A DNA stretch of 64,000 bases, taken from positions 192,001 through 256,000 of the forward strand of contig CAXXVD010000004.1 in the NCBI GenBank assembly GCA_963662335.2, written 5' to 3'. The position numbers and the translations under genes were made by a program. The notes below the pieces were generated by a model. That model did not search any database, was not told where the DNA came from, and worked only from the letters and a program-made list of their open reading frames with translations. Below are positions 53,216-62,840 of this stretch, in pieces. This stretch comes from Chloroflexota bacterium (lineage in GTDB: Bacteria > Chloroflexota > UBA11872 > VXOZ01). The stretch's first letter is position 1, and the number at the start of each line of letters is the position of its first letter.

Positions 53216-54637
53216 GTGTCAAGAAGAAGTCTAAGCTTCAGTTTCGTAGCCCTCTGGTTGTTGTGGGACGCCCTGGCGGTCGCCGCTGCCGTCCTCTGCG
53301 CCTACTACGTCCGCTTCACGCTGGGGTGGCCGCCGCCGGAGCACATCCACTCCCTGGCGGTCTACTTCCGGTTCTGGTTCCTCCTGACCGGTACCTACAT
53401 GGCCCTGATGCTGATCTACGGCCTGTACCGCCCGGAGCGTTTGGTGCCCGCGGAAGAATACTTCCTCAAGATCTTTGCCGCCTGCATCTTGGGCACGGTC
53501 ATCGCAGTCGGCATCGCTACCTTCTTCTGGCGGGAGGGCTTCGCCTATTCCCGGCTCCTCATCGGCTACGCGGCAGTCCTCAGCGTTCTCTTCCTCACGG
53601 GCGAGCGCGTCGTTCTTTCTCTATTGCGCGGCGCGCTGCACCGGCGCAACATCGGCACGGTGCGCACCGTCATCGTGGGACACGGCGCCGGCAGCGAGAT
53701 CGTGCACGACCACCTCCGACGTCTGCCTCAACTCGGCTATGAGGTGATCGGCACTCTGGATGACGACATCCGCGGCGATGACGACCCTGACGGACACCTG
53801 CACCGCTTGCGCTATCCGTTGCTGGGAAGAGTGGACCTGCTTCCGCACGTCATCAGGGAACATGACGTGCGCGAGATCATCATCACGCTGCCAACGCTCA
53901 ATACCGAAGAACTGTTGAACATACTTGATCTCTGCCCTACCGAGAACGTCCACATCCGGGTGCACCCGGACCTCTTTCAGTTTCTGGTCACCACCGTCCA
54001 GGTGGACGAAATCTCCGGCCTGCCGCTGCTCACGGTCAAGGAACCCCGCCTGGCCGGTTGGCACCGGGCGGCCAAGCGCGCCATGGACGTGGTGGTTGCG
54101 GCCGGCACGTTGGTGATGCTTTCCGGGCCGATGCTACTGGTCGCCGTGCTGATTCGCTTCGACTCGGCCGGCCCGGCGTTCTTCGTCCAGGAGCGCGTGG
54201 GACACGACGGCAAGGCCTTTCCCATCATCAAGTTCCGCACGATGGTGGACGAAAGTTCCGGCCAGAACGGCCGCGACTGGACCATCCCCAACGACCCGCG
54301 CCGCACTCGCTTGGGCACGTTTCTGCGGCGCTTCTCCATCGACGAGTTGCCCAATCTGATCAACGTGCTGCTGGGCCACATGAGCCTGGTCGGGCCGCGC
54401 GCCGAACAGCCGCAGTACGTGCGCCGGTTCAGCGCCGAGATCCCACGCTACATGGAGCGCCACCGCGAGAAAGCCGGCATGACCGGCTGGGCGCAAGTGA
54501 ACGGCCTGCGCGGCGACGTGCCCATCGAACAGCGCACCCAGTACGACCTCTACTACGTGGAGAATTGGTCGATATTCTTCGACGTGCGCATTCTGCTGCG
54601 CACGTTGATCGCCATCTTCAACCAACCGGCATATTGA
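53216..54637 (+). CDS. Undecaprenyl-phosphate sugar phosphotransferase (WcaJ/CpsE-like priming transferase)
   Basis: N-terminal TM segments, KR..D, KFRTM, DPR.T..G.FLR..SIDELP, MSLVGPR, GMTGWAQV.G, D..Y..NWS. Confidence 0.92.
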   Translation: MSRRSLSFSFVALWLLWDALAVAAAVLCAYYVRFTLGWPPPEHIHSLAVYFRFWFLLTGTYMALMLIYGLYRPERLVPAEEYFLKIFAACILGTVIAVGIATFFWREGFAYSRLLIGYAAVLSVLFLTGERVVLSLLRGALHRRNIGTVRTVIVGHGAGSEIVHDHLRRLPQLGYEVIGTLDDDIRGDDDPDGHLHRLRYPLLGRVDLLPHVIREHDVREIIITLPTLNTEELLNILDLCPTENVHIRVHPDLFQFLVTTVQVDEISGLPLLTVKEPRLAGWHRAAKRAMDVVVAAGTLVMLSGPMLLVAVLIRFDSAGPAFFVQERVGHDGKAFPIIKFRTMVDESSGQNGRDWTIPNDPRRTRLGTFLRRFSIDELPNLINVLLGHMSLVGPRAEQPQYVRRFSAEIPRYMERHREKAGMTGWAQVNGLRGDVPIEQRTQYDLYYVENWSIFFDVRILLRTLIAIFNQPAY

Positions 54638-55022
54638 GAAGCACACACGACAGGGCTGGCGCGCTCGCTAAGAGGCGGGGGACAAGCCCCCGCGCTACTG
54701 TCAACCGGCGTATTGAGAAGCACACACGACAGGGCTCAAGCGCTCGCTAAGAGGCGGGGGACAAGCCCCCGCGCTACTGTCAACCGGCGTATTGAGAAGC
54801 ACACATGACAGTGCTGGCGCGCTCGTTTAGAGGCGGGGGACAAGCCCCCGCGCTACTGTCAACCGGCGTATTGAGAAGCACACATGACAGTGCTGGCGCG
54901 CTCGTTTAGAGGCGGGGGACAAGCCCCCGCGCTACCGTCAACCGGCGTATTGAGAGGCACGCACGACAGGGCTGGCGCGCTCGCTAAGAGGCGGGGGACA
55001 AGCCCCCGCGCTACCGTCAACC
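54623..55022. repeat. Tandem array, 5 x 79 bp, each unit carrying one family A REP
   Basis: Units start at 54623, 54702, 54781, 54860 and 54939 (partial sixth at 55018) and are nearly identical along their whole length. Confidence 0.95.
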
Positions 55023-55037
55023 TGGAAAGGATGAATC

Positions 55038-56117
55038 ATGAGAATCACCGGCATTACTCATCGCAAGTACCAGTGGCCCCGCCGCGTGCCCATCCGCAAC
55101 GGCATGTTCACCTACACCGACGTCACGCTTGCCGTGGTGGAGGTTGAGACCGACGCCGGTATTGTCGGCCTCGGTCTGGGCGGGGTGAACCCTTCGCTCC
55201 TGGCGCAGTTCACGCCGTTGCTCATCGGCCAGGACCCGCGCAACGTGGAGCGGCTCTGGCACGCCCTCTGGGTGCCCAAGCTGGTGGGCCGGCGCGGCAC
55301 GGAAACCCGCACTATTTCCAGCCTGGACATCGCCCTCTGGGACCTGCTGGGCAAAGCGACCGGCATGTCCGTCCACCAACTGCTGGGCGGCTATGCGGCC
55401 CGCATCCCGGTCTACATCGCCGGCGGCTACTACGAAGAGGGCAAGGGACTGGCGGAACTGGCGGAGGAGATGGAGGAGAACCTGCGGCTGGGCGCGCGGG
55501 CGGTGAAGATGAAAATCGGCGGCGCGCCCATCAACGAAGACGTGGAGCGCGTGCGCGTGGTGCGCGAGACGGTCGGCCCGGACGTTGACGTCATGGTGGA
55601 CGCCAACAACGCCTATCCCGCACACGAGGCCATCCGCATCGCGGCGCAGATCGAGAAGTACGACATCTACTGGTTTGAAGAGCCGGTCGGCGCCGACGAC
55701 TACGCCGGCTGCGCCCGTGTGGCCCAGGCGACCAGCATCCCCATCGCCACCGGCGAGAACGAGTACACGCGCTACGGCTTCCGCGACCTGATCCAGCACC
55801 AGGCCGCGAGCATTCTCAATGCCGACGCCAATATCTGCGGCGGCGTGACCGAGTTCCGCCGCATCGCCGCGCTGGCCGCCGCTCACGATCTCGTGATTGC
55901 TCCGCACGGCTCGCAAGACGTACACATTCATCTCGTCACCGGCATTCCAAACGGCCTCATCCTCGAGTACTACCGCGATACCGTGGATCCCATGTGGGGC
56001 AAGACGTTCCAGGATACGCTCATGCTGGACGCCGACGGCATGCTCGCGCCCCCCGACCGGCCGGGATTTGGCATTGCGCTGAACGAGGAAGCCCTGGCGG
56101 AGTACCGTGTGGCATAG
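55038..56117 (+). CDS. Mandelate racemase / muconate lactonizing enzyme family protein
   Basis: DIALWDL.GK, KMKIG, MVDAN, WFEEP, TGENE, PH. Confidence 0.9.
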   Translation: MRITGITHRKYQWPRRVPIRNGMFTYTDVTLAVVEVETDAGIVGLGLGGVNPSLLAQFTPLLIGQDPRNVERLWHALWVPKLVGRRGTETRTISSLDIALWDLLGKATGMSVHQLLGGYAARIPVYIAGGYYEEGKGLAELAEEMEENLRLGARAVKMKIGGAPINEDVERVRVVRETVGPDVDVMVDANNAYPAHEAIRIAAQIEKYDIYWFEEPVGADDYAGCARVAQATSIPIATGENEYTRYGFRDLIQHQAASILNADANICGGVTEFRRIAALAAAHDLVIAPHGSQDVHIHLVTGIPNGLILEYYRDTVDPMWGKTFQDTLMLDADGMLAPPDRPGFGIALNEEALAEYRVA

Positions 56118-56224
56118 CGCGCACAGAGTCCGGTTCCAATAGCGCAAGCGGCAATGCGGTAGAATAGGGGCGGCGCCTGTTTGCAGCATCGAAGTCTCAC
56201 CAAACAGCACGAAAGCGAGCACCC

Positions 56225-57109
56225 ATGGCGAAGACGGTCTTTCAGAAGCCCGGCAACTGGTACAAGGGCAACCTGCACACCCACTCCACCAATTCCGACG
56301 GCCTGTACACGCCGGAACTGGTGTGTTTGTGGTACTGGACGATGGGTTACGACTTCCTCTCCATCACCGACCACCGCACGCTCACCCTCTTCGATGAGCC
56401 GCCAACCCGCAGTCCCGTGCTGATTCCCGGCATGGAACTCAACGGCGACGACGCCCGCGCCGGCGGCGGCTACCACATCGTCGGCCTTGGCCTGAACGAC
56501 ATGCACAAACAACCGCCGGACCTGGACGCCCAGGGCGCCATCGACGCCATTCGCGCCGACGGCGGGCTGGCCGTGCTGGCGCATCCCTATTGGCTGGGGC
56601 ACGTAACCACCGACCTCGCGCACCTGGAAGGCGCCACCGGCCTGGAAGTCTTCAACTACGGCACGCAGGTCAGCATCAACAAAGGCGACAGCACCTATCT
56701 GTGGGACGGCTTGCTCGACCGCAAGCGGCCGCTCTTCGGTCTGGCCGTGGACGACACCCATTGGAAACTGCCCGACGCCGGCGGCGGCTGGGTGATGGCA
56801 AAGGCCGCCTCTTGCACCCCGGAGGCCTTGCTCGGCGCAATCGCTGACGGCGACTTCTACGCCTCGCAAGGGCCGGAGATTCATGACTTCCGCCTGGAGA
56901 ACGGCGTGGCCACCGCCAGAACCTCGCCGGTGCGCACCATTGCCTTCATGTCGGAACGTTCCCACGGCCTGGCAATCCGTTCCCCGCAGGGCGACCCCAT
57001 AACGTCCGCCCGCTATTCCTTGCGCAACGAACACACCTACGTGCGCCTGGAATGCGTGGACTTCCAGGGGCGGCGCGCGTGGAGCAACCCGATCTGGCTA
57101 GAAGCGTAA
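56225..57109 (+). CDS. PHP-domain metallohydrolase (CehA/McbA-like)
   Basis: KGNLHTHST.SDG, ITDH, AHP, DDTH. Confidence 0.85.
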   Translation: MAKTVFQKPGNWYKGNLHTHSTNSDGLYTPELVCLWYWTMGYDFLSITDHRTLTLFDEPPTRSPVLIPGMELNGDDARAGGGYHIVGLGLNDMHKQPPDLDAQGAIDAIRADGGLAVLAHPYWLGHVTTDLAHLEGATGLEVFNYGTQVSINKGDSTYLWDGLLDRKRPLFGLAVDDTHWKLPDAGGGWVMAKAASCTPEALLGAIADGDFYASQGPEIHDFRLENGVATARTSPVRTIAFMSERSHGLAIRSPQGDPITSARYSLRNEHTYVRLECVDFQGRRAWSNPIWLEA

Positions 57110-57132
57110 GCGTAGAGCGAGGACAAATCGAT

Positions 57133-58257
57133 ATGAAGATCGTAGACGTTCGCGTGCATCCCGTAGCCGTCTCCCGCGCGTACGGCACCCTCACCTCCGG
57201 CGGCCAGGAAGGCCGCCAGAATCCCGACGCCCAGCCGGTCGAGCTTTCCTACTTCTACGTGCTGGAAGTCGAGACCGACGACGGCATCGTGGGCCTGGGC
57301 GAGGTTTCCGACTTCGCTCTCGGGTCGCGCCTGCCGGACGGCTCCCCGCTGGAGTTGGAAAACCTGACCGCCAAACTGCGCGCGCTGCTGGTTGGGCGCG
57401 ACCCCGCCGGCATGGAGCGGCTATCGCTGGAGGTGGACTTTGGCGGCCTGGTGAATTGCGCTATCGACACCGCCTGCTACGACATCCTCGGCAAGGCCTA
57501 CGGCGCGTCCGCTACGGACCTGGCCGGCGGACGCCTGCGCGAGAGCGTCTGGGTTTCCTGGGTGGCCTACATCCGCGCGCCCGAGGCCATGGCCCCGGAA
57601 ATCGAAGAGAAACTGGCGCAGGGCTTCAACGCCTTCAAGTTCAAAGTCGGACGCGACATCGACCTGGACGAAGCGCGCATCAAGCTCTTCCGCGAGATTG
57701 GCGGCGACGACCTGAACCTCAAGCTGGACGCCAACGCCGCCTGGGACGTGGATGAGGCAATCGCAAACCTGCGCCGCCTGGAAAAGTACAACTTGGCCGG
57801 CATCGAGACGCCGATTGACAAGGAGAACGTCAGCGGCATGGCGCAGGTGCGCCAGGCGGTGGATACGCCGATCCTCGAGCACGTGAGCACACTTGACTAC
57901 GCTTTGAAACTCGTGCGCCACGAGGCGGTGGACGTCTTCAACGTCTCGACCGTCGGCTGCGGCGGCATCTACCGCGCCAAGAAGGTGATCGCGGTCGCCG
58001 AGGCCGCCGGTCTGCACGTCCTTCTCGGCAGCACGGTCGAGCTTGGCGTCGGCACCGCGGCGCAACTGGCGCTCGCCGCGTCGTCCTGGCGGGTGGACTG
58101 GCCCTCGGACCTCATCGGGCCGCTGATGTACACCGACGACGTGCTGAATGAGCCGTGGGAATGGGATGCCGGGCATTTGCGCGTGCCGCGCGGCCCCGGC
58201 CTGGGCGTGACCCTCGACCCGGACAAGCTCCAATCGCTCCACCACCCGCTGCCGTAG
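57133..58257 (+). CDS. Enolase superfamily protein (muconate cycloisomerase-like)
   Basis: G..GLGE, KFKVG, LDAN, ETP, P.GPGLG. Confidence 0.88.
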   Translation: MKIVDVRVHPVAVSRAYGTLTSGGQEGRQNPDAQPVELSYFYVLEVETDDGIVGLGEVSDFALGSRLPDGSPLELENLTAKLRALLVGRDPAGMERLSLEVDFGGLVNCAIDTACYDILGKAYGASATDLAGGRLRESVWVSWVAYIRAPEAMAPEIEEKLAQGFNAFKFKVGRDIDLDEARIKLFREIGGDDLNLKLDANAAWDVDEAIANLRRLEKYNLAGIETPIDKENVSGMAQVRQAVDTPILEHVSTLDYALKLVRHEAVDVFNVSTVGCGGIYRAKKVIAVAEAAGLHVLLGSTVELGVGTAAQLALAASSWRVDWPSDLIGPLMYTDDVLNEPWEWDAGHLRVPRGPGLGVTLDPDKLQSLHHPLP

Positions 58258-58292
58258 TCGCGGTAGCCTGCGTGGCGCGCGGCAGGACGCGG

Positions 58293-58322
58293 TTGACAGC
58301 CGCGCGCTGCCCTTGCTATTCT
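58293..58322 (+). promoter_or_regulatory. Sigma70-type promoter of rplU-rpmA
   Basis: TTGACA-N18-TATTCT with a TG extension. Confidence 0.6.
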
Positions 58323-58420
58323 GAGCAATGCGGGTCAGTGTGCGCCCCTCAATTTGGCGCGCATTAAGCCCGTGTTTGGATGAACAACCGGACGCGCAAA
58401 GCAGAGTGAAGAGGAACGCC

Positions 58421-58732
58421 GTGTTCGCAGTCGTTGAAATTGCCGGCAAGCAGTACCGCGTCAGTCCAGGCGACCGCATTGCCGTGGAGAGGCTGGATGC
58501 CGATCCGGGCAGTGAAATCACGCTGGACTCTGTCCTTCTGGCGTCTACGCCTGCGGGCGTCACCGTGGGCGCGCCGGTGGTGGCCGGCGCCAGCGTCCGC
58601 GCCCAGGTGGTGCGGGAAGAGAAGGACGACAAGGTGTTGGTGTTCAAGTACAAGCCCAAGAACCGGTACCGGCGCTTGTCCGGCCACCGGCACACGCGCA
58701 CGATTCTGGAGATCGATTCAATCGACACCTAG
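58421..58732 (+). CDS. rplU: 50S ribosomal protein L21
   Basis: [27 protein letters not shown]. Confidence 0.96.
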   Translation: MFAVVEIAGKQYRVSPGDRIAVERLDADPGSEITLDSVLLASTPAGVTVGAPVVAGASVRAQVVREEKDDKVLVFKYKPKNRYRRLSGHRHTRTILEIDSIDT

Positions 58733-58805
58733 AGGCGGCCCAAGACAGGCCGCCGCGCGCCAGACCGCTTGCGCGCCGCAACGAGCAACTGAGGAGCAAG
58801 GAAAC

Positions 58806-59063
58806 ATGGCACAAAAGAAAGCCGGCGGCAGCAGCCGCAACGGCAGGGACAGCGCCGGGCGGCGCTTGGGCGTCAAGCGCACCGACGGGCAGTTCGTCCG
58901 CGCCGGCAACATCCTGGTGCGCCAGCGCGGCACGCCAATTCAGCCGGGAGAGAACGTCGGTATAGGCAAAGACCACACCCTCTTCGCCAAAGTGGACGGC
59001 GTCGTCAGTTACCAGAGCTTTGGCCGCGACTCCAAGCGCGCCGTCATCGTGCCTCAGGTCTAG
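58806..59063 (+). CDS. rpmA: 50S ribosomal protein L27
   Basis: [34 protein letters not shown]. Confidence 0.97.
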   Translation: MAQKKAGGSSRNGRDSAGRRLGVKRTDGQFVRAGNILVRQRGTPIQPGENVGIGKDHTLFAKVDGVVSYQSFGRDSKRAVIVPQV

Positions 59064-59149
59064 TACCGTTTTCGCACGGACTTGCGTCATTTCGACTCAG
59101 CAGGCAACTTCCGGGCGAATTGCCGAACAACGAGACTCCGCTCTTGTTT

Positions 59150-59181
59150 CCTCTCCCCGTGGGAGAGGGTTAGGGTGAGGG
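59150..59181. repeat. Palindromic element family F (CCTCTCCC...GGGAGAGGGTTAGGGTGAGGG)
   Basis: Hairpin plus G-rich tail 8 nt upstream of the tRNA; recognised as a widespread bacterial repeat type, single copy here. Confidence 0.6.
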
Positions 59182-59189
59182 CACCATCA

Positions 59190-59264
59190 GGGCCGGTAGC
59201 TCAGTGGGAGAGCGCTGCGTTCGCATCGCAGAAGTCGGGGGTTCAAATCCCCCTCGGTCCACCA
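59190..59264 (+). tRNA. tRNA-Ala(CGC)
   Basis: GGGCCGGTAGCTCAGTGGGAGAGCG-CTGCG-TTCGCAT-CGCAG...GGTTCAAATCCCCCTCGGTCCACCA; G3:U70 pair, encoded CCA. Confidence 0.97.
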
Positions 59265-59476
59265 GACTTGACAAAAATCAAGAAGTTTCACATCGAGGTT
59301 CAAGCTGGCGGTGTAGACCCGATACGCGAATAGTTCGAGCCTGGGACGAAGTGCCGGCTGCCGTCCAATTGAGTTAGCTTTAGCCATGCGCACAGAACGT
59401 GGCGAAACGAAGGACGGGCGCCTCTCTCGCATTCCGCGGCCTTTGGGTGACGGCCTGGGAAGCACGAGAGCCTTAG

Positions 59477-59776
59477 ATGCGCCATCACTTAAATCTTGTG
59501 ACCCAATCGAAGCTGCCGACGGTGGTCGCTCTGGCCGTGCTGCTCTTCGCCACCCCTATGGGCTGGCAATGGGTCTGGGGCATCCTCTTCCTGTACTGGG
59601 CGGTATCCGGCATCGTAACCGGGCACGCCTTTGTGGTGCAGACCGTCCAACGCGCTGAAAACCCCGTCCTGTTCTGGCTGATCAGCGTCACGTGGCTGAT
59701 CCTTTCCGGCCTGACCATCTTCTACGACTTCTTCCCCGAAACCGCTCCCCTCTTGCTGGGAAATGGCAATGGCTGA
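59477..59776 (+). CDS. Small Trp-rich membrane protein
   Basis: About 3 TM segments; overlaps the start of the Rieske gene. Confidence 0.7.
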   Translation: MRHHLNLVTQSKLPTVVALAVLLFATPMGWQWVWGILFLYWAVSGIVTGHAFVVQTVQRAENPVLFWLISVTWLILSGLTIFYDFFPETAPLLLGNGNG

Positions 59777-60914
59777 CCGCAGAGGGATGCCCATACTGCC
59801 GGTTGCGGCCTACACCTCGCGGGAGTGGTTTGACCGGGAGCAGGAGCGCATCTTCTCCCGCACCTGGGCCTGCGCCGGCTTTGCCGAGGACGTAAGCGAA
59901 CCCGGCCAGTACGTGGCGGTGCAAGCCGGGCTCAACAATATCTTCATCGTGATGGGTCGCGACCGGCGGCTGCGGGCCTTTCACAACATCTGCCGCCACC
60001 GGGGCACGCAACTGCTGCGGGCCGTGGGCAAGACCCAGCGGGCAATCGTCTGCCCCTACCACGACTGGACCTACGACCTGGAAGGCTGCCTAATTTCCGT
60101 GCCCAGCCAAGACAGCCAGTTCCCCGGCGTGGACCTGGATGGAGTAAGCCTGAAGAAGGCGTCTGTGGACCTGTGGCGCGGGATGCTGTGGGTGCATCCC
60201 GACGAGAACGCCGGCTCCATCATGGAGTGGTTCGGCGCGGTTGAGCCGCACCTGGGCCCCCACCAGGTGGAGGACCTGGCGGAGTATGCGGAAGGCCGCA
60301 CCGACCACGTCATCGAGGCCAACTGGAAGATCGTGGTGGAGAACTACATCGACGGCTACCACCTGGCGCACCTCCACTCCGGCACGTTGGCGATGTACGA
60401 CCATGCGCGCATCGAATCGGGCTTCGTGGGGCCCCACTTCGCCTTCCGGGAACCCCTTGCGCCGGAGTACGCCCAGGACGTGGAGAAGAACTCTCCCTAT
60501 CCCCTGGTCATTCCGGCAGAGCAGGCCGGCGCGTGGGTACCGATGCTCTTTCCCGGCATCGGGCTGGCGGAGACGGAGAATTCCTGGTCGCTCTTTCACG
60601 TGATCCCTCTCGCCCCCGAGCGCACGCGCGTGGTAACCCGCACCAAGGTGGCCAACGCTTCGTCGTGGCAGTTCGCCCGGCAGGAGTTCCGCTCCTGGAG
60701 CTTCTGGATCAAGCGCGTCACCGGCAAGTACGAAGGCGGCCAGGACGATCCCATGGCCTCGGGCGACTTCATGGCAGAGGACATCTACGCCTGCGAGCAG
60801 CAGCAGAAGTCCCTGAAGAGCCCCTACTTCGAGCACGGTCCCTCGTCGCTCGGCGAGGCCGGCGTGCGCGGCCATCAGGAACTGGTGCGCACCTGGATGG
60901 AGAGCGAGGGGTGA
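59763..60914 (+). CDS. Rieske non-heme iron oxygenase alpha subunit (choline/carnitine monooxygenase-like group)
   Basis: CRHRG...CPYHDW Rieske motif; NWK..VEN..DGYH...H iron site; ED...CE..Q. Confidence 0.92.
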   Translation: MAMADRRGMPILPVAAYTSREWFDREQERIFSRTWACAGFAEDVSEPGQYVAVQAGLNNIFIVMGRDRRLRAFHNICRHRGTQLLRAVGKTQRAIVCPYHDWTYDLEGCLISVPSQDSQFPGVDLDGVSLKKASVDLWRGMLWVHPDENAGSIMEWFGAVEPHLGPHQVEDLAEYAEGRTDHVIEANWKIVVENYIDGYHLAHLHSGTLAMYDHARIESGFVGPHFAFREPLAPEYAQDVEKNSPYPLVIPAEQAGAWVPMLFPGIGLAETENSWSLFHVIPLAPERTRVVTRTKVANASSWQFARQEFRSWSFWIKRVTGKYEGGQDDPMASGDFMAEDIYACEQQQKSLKSPYFEHGPSSLGEAGVRGHQELVRTWMESEG

Positions 60915-61969
60915 GCAGCGAGTTCTACCGGCTGCGGGTTATGGAGACCCGCGCCGAGACCACGCAGGCGACCAGTGTGCTCTTTGAAGTTCCGTCCTCA
61001 CTGAGCGACGCTTTTCGCTGGAAGCCCGGCCAGCACGTTACCCTGCGTTTCAATCTTGGCGGTGAAGAGGTCAGACGCCCCTACTCCATATCCGACGCGC
61101 CGGAGGGCGGAGGCCCGCTGCGAATCACCGTGAAGCGGCACAAGAACGGCCTGGTCTCCAATCACGTCAACGAGCACGTGGCCGCCGGAGACTTGATCGA
61201 CGTGATGCCGCCCTTCGGCGGCTTCTTCCTGGACGCGGATCCCAGAGCGCGGCGCACCTACTACTTCTTCGGCGCGGGCAGTGGCATTACGCCCCTCTAC
61301 GCCATGATCCGTTCCGCCCTGGCGGCCGAGCCGCACTCGGTGGCAAGGCTGGCCTACGGCAACGTCAACGCCGACTCCGCCATCTTCCGCGAAGAACTGG
61401 CCCGGCTGGAGGAAGAGTCCCGGTGCCGTCTCGCGGTTCGCCACGTCCTGTCTTCCCCCTCCTGGCTCTCATCCTTCCGGTATTGGCGGCAGGGACGGAT
61501 CGACGCCACGTGCGTGGCCGCCTTCATCGACGAGCATCCCCCCTACGCCCAGGACACCCGGTATTTCGTGTGCGGACCGGATGGCATGAACGCCACCGTG
61601 CGGGGCGCGCTCAAGGGACTTGACGTGCCGGACACGCGCATCCACGTGGAGAACTACGGCCCGGTAACGCCGCCGGACGACTCGGTGGCGGGAGCCGCGG
61701 CGGAAGCCACGGTGCGGCTCAGAGGCGCTACGTTCCCGGTAGCGGTCTCAGCAGGACAGACGGTGCTGAACGCGGTGCGGACCGCGAATGCAACTCCCCC
61801 GTATTCTTGCGAATCGGGAGTCTGCGGAGCCTGCCGGGCACATCTCCGGCAGGGCCGGGTCCACCTCCGGGCACGCATGGCCTTGACGGACGCCGAGATC
61901 GCCAGCGGCGCGATTCTCACCTGCCAGGCTCTTCCCATCACCCCGCAACTGACCGTGGAATATGATTGA
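60911..61969 (+). CDS. Ferredoxin-NAD(P)H reductase, FNR plus C-terminal 2Fe-2S (PaaE/KshB architecture)
   Basis: PGQH, RPYSI, GLVS, AGSGITP, CGP, PYSCESGVCGAC, LTCQ; GTGA overlap with the oxygenase. Confidence 0.92.
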   Translation: MSSEFYRLRVMETRAETTQATSVLFEVPSSLSDAFRWKPGQHVTLRFNLGGEEVRRPYSISDAPEGGGPLRITVKRHKNGLVSNHVNEHVAAGDLIDVMPPFGGFFLDADPRARRTYYFFGAGSGITPLYAMIRSALAAEPHSVARLAYGNVNADSAIFREELARLEEESRCRLAVRHVLSSPSWLSSFRYWRQGRIDATCVAAFIDEHPPYAQDTRYFVCGPDGMNATVRGALKGLDVPDTRIHVENYGPVTPPDDSVAGAAAEATVRLRGATFPVAVSAGQTVLNAVRTANATPPYSCESGVCGACRAHLRQGRVHLRARMALTDAEIASGAILTCQALPITPQLTVEYD

Positions 61970-62825
61970 ATCTCAGATTCGCTTCTCTCTGCTGCGGAAT
62001 GTGCTCGCCGTGTCGGTGGCGCTCCTAGTGCTGAGCGTTTCATGCTCCACTGCCGCCCCGGCGCAGGCCCCCGAACCCACCACCGAGTCGACCGAAGGTC
62101 CCAGCCCACTGGAACAAGCACCCCAGGCAACCTTTGCGATCGCAGGCTCGACGGTAGTGGTGGAAGGCGATATGGACATTGGTTTCTATGAGCGCTTTCT
62201 CGCCGTGGTGCGAGGCAGGGAAGACGAGATCACCACGCTGCGCGTCAACTCCGGCGGCGGCGTCACCGATGAGGGCCGCAAGCTGGGCGAATGGATATTC
62301 GAGCACAACGTCGACGTGGTGGTTGACGGGCTGTGCTTCTCCTCCTGCGCAAACTATATCTTCACGGCGGGAAGGAACAAGACCATACTGGCCGGCTCGA
62401 TAGTCGGCTGGCACAGCTCGGAGCAGCAGGACGAACACATCGCCCGGGGCCTGGGGATATCTGTTGCAGAACTGCTGGCGCGGGAATACGACCGGTCCGC
62501 CGCAGAGTGGGGTGAGACCCCCTCACCCGAAGGACGCAAGCAATTCGTCCAGGCTGTTCTCTCCTCACGGCCAACCGCGGTCGCAGAGGAGCAGGCTTTC
62601 CTGGAGAAGATCGGCGTGAGCGTTGACGCCCTGGTCTACGGGTTCTTGCCGGACCAATTCGAGGACTACTACGTCAATGCGCCGGCCCATATTGACGGCT
62701 GGACGTTCTCCATAGAGGACATGGCGAGTTTCGGCATCGCCAACGTGACGTACGCGGGTGAGGGCGACTATCCGAGCGAGCGGGCGAAAACGGAATACGG
62801 GGTGATACTCTTCAGGGTCCCGTGA
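61962..62825 (+). CDS. Putative lipoprotein with a ClpP/crotonase-like domain
   Basis: Signal ending VSVSC; L.VNSGGG, CFSSCANYIF.AG, GWH; overlaps the reductase stop. Confidence 0.7.
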   Translation: MIESQIRFSLLRNVLAVSVALLVLSVSCSTAAPAQAPEPTTESTEGPSPLEQAPQATFAIAGSTVVVEGDMDIGFYERFLAVVRGREDEITTLRVNSGGGVTDEGRKLGEWIFEHNVDVVVDGLCFSSCANYIFTAGRNKTILAGSIVGWHSSEQQDEHIARGLGISVAELLAREYDRSAAEWGETPSPEGRKQFVQAVLSSRPTAVAEEQAFLEKIGVSVDALVYGFLPDQFEDYYVNAPAHIDGWTFSIEDMASFGIANVTYAGEGDYPSERAKTEYGVILFRVP

Positions 62826-62840
62826 GCGAGCCCACCCAAC

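Noticed and set aside
54623-55022. Possible CRISPR array
   Set aside because: The intervening sequences are near-identical rather than unique spacers, and there are no cas genes or leader. It is a tandem repeat.
58733-58805. Prp protease gene or L27 N-terminal extension
   Set aside because: The gap is only 73 bp, and L27 starts directly at MAQKK after an AAGGA RBS.
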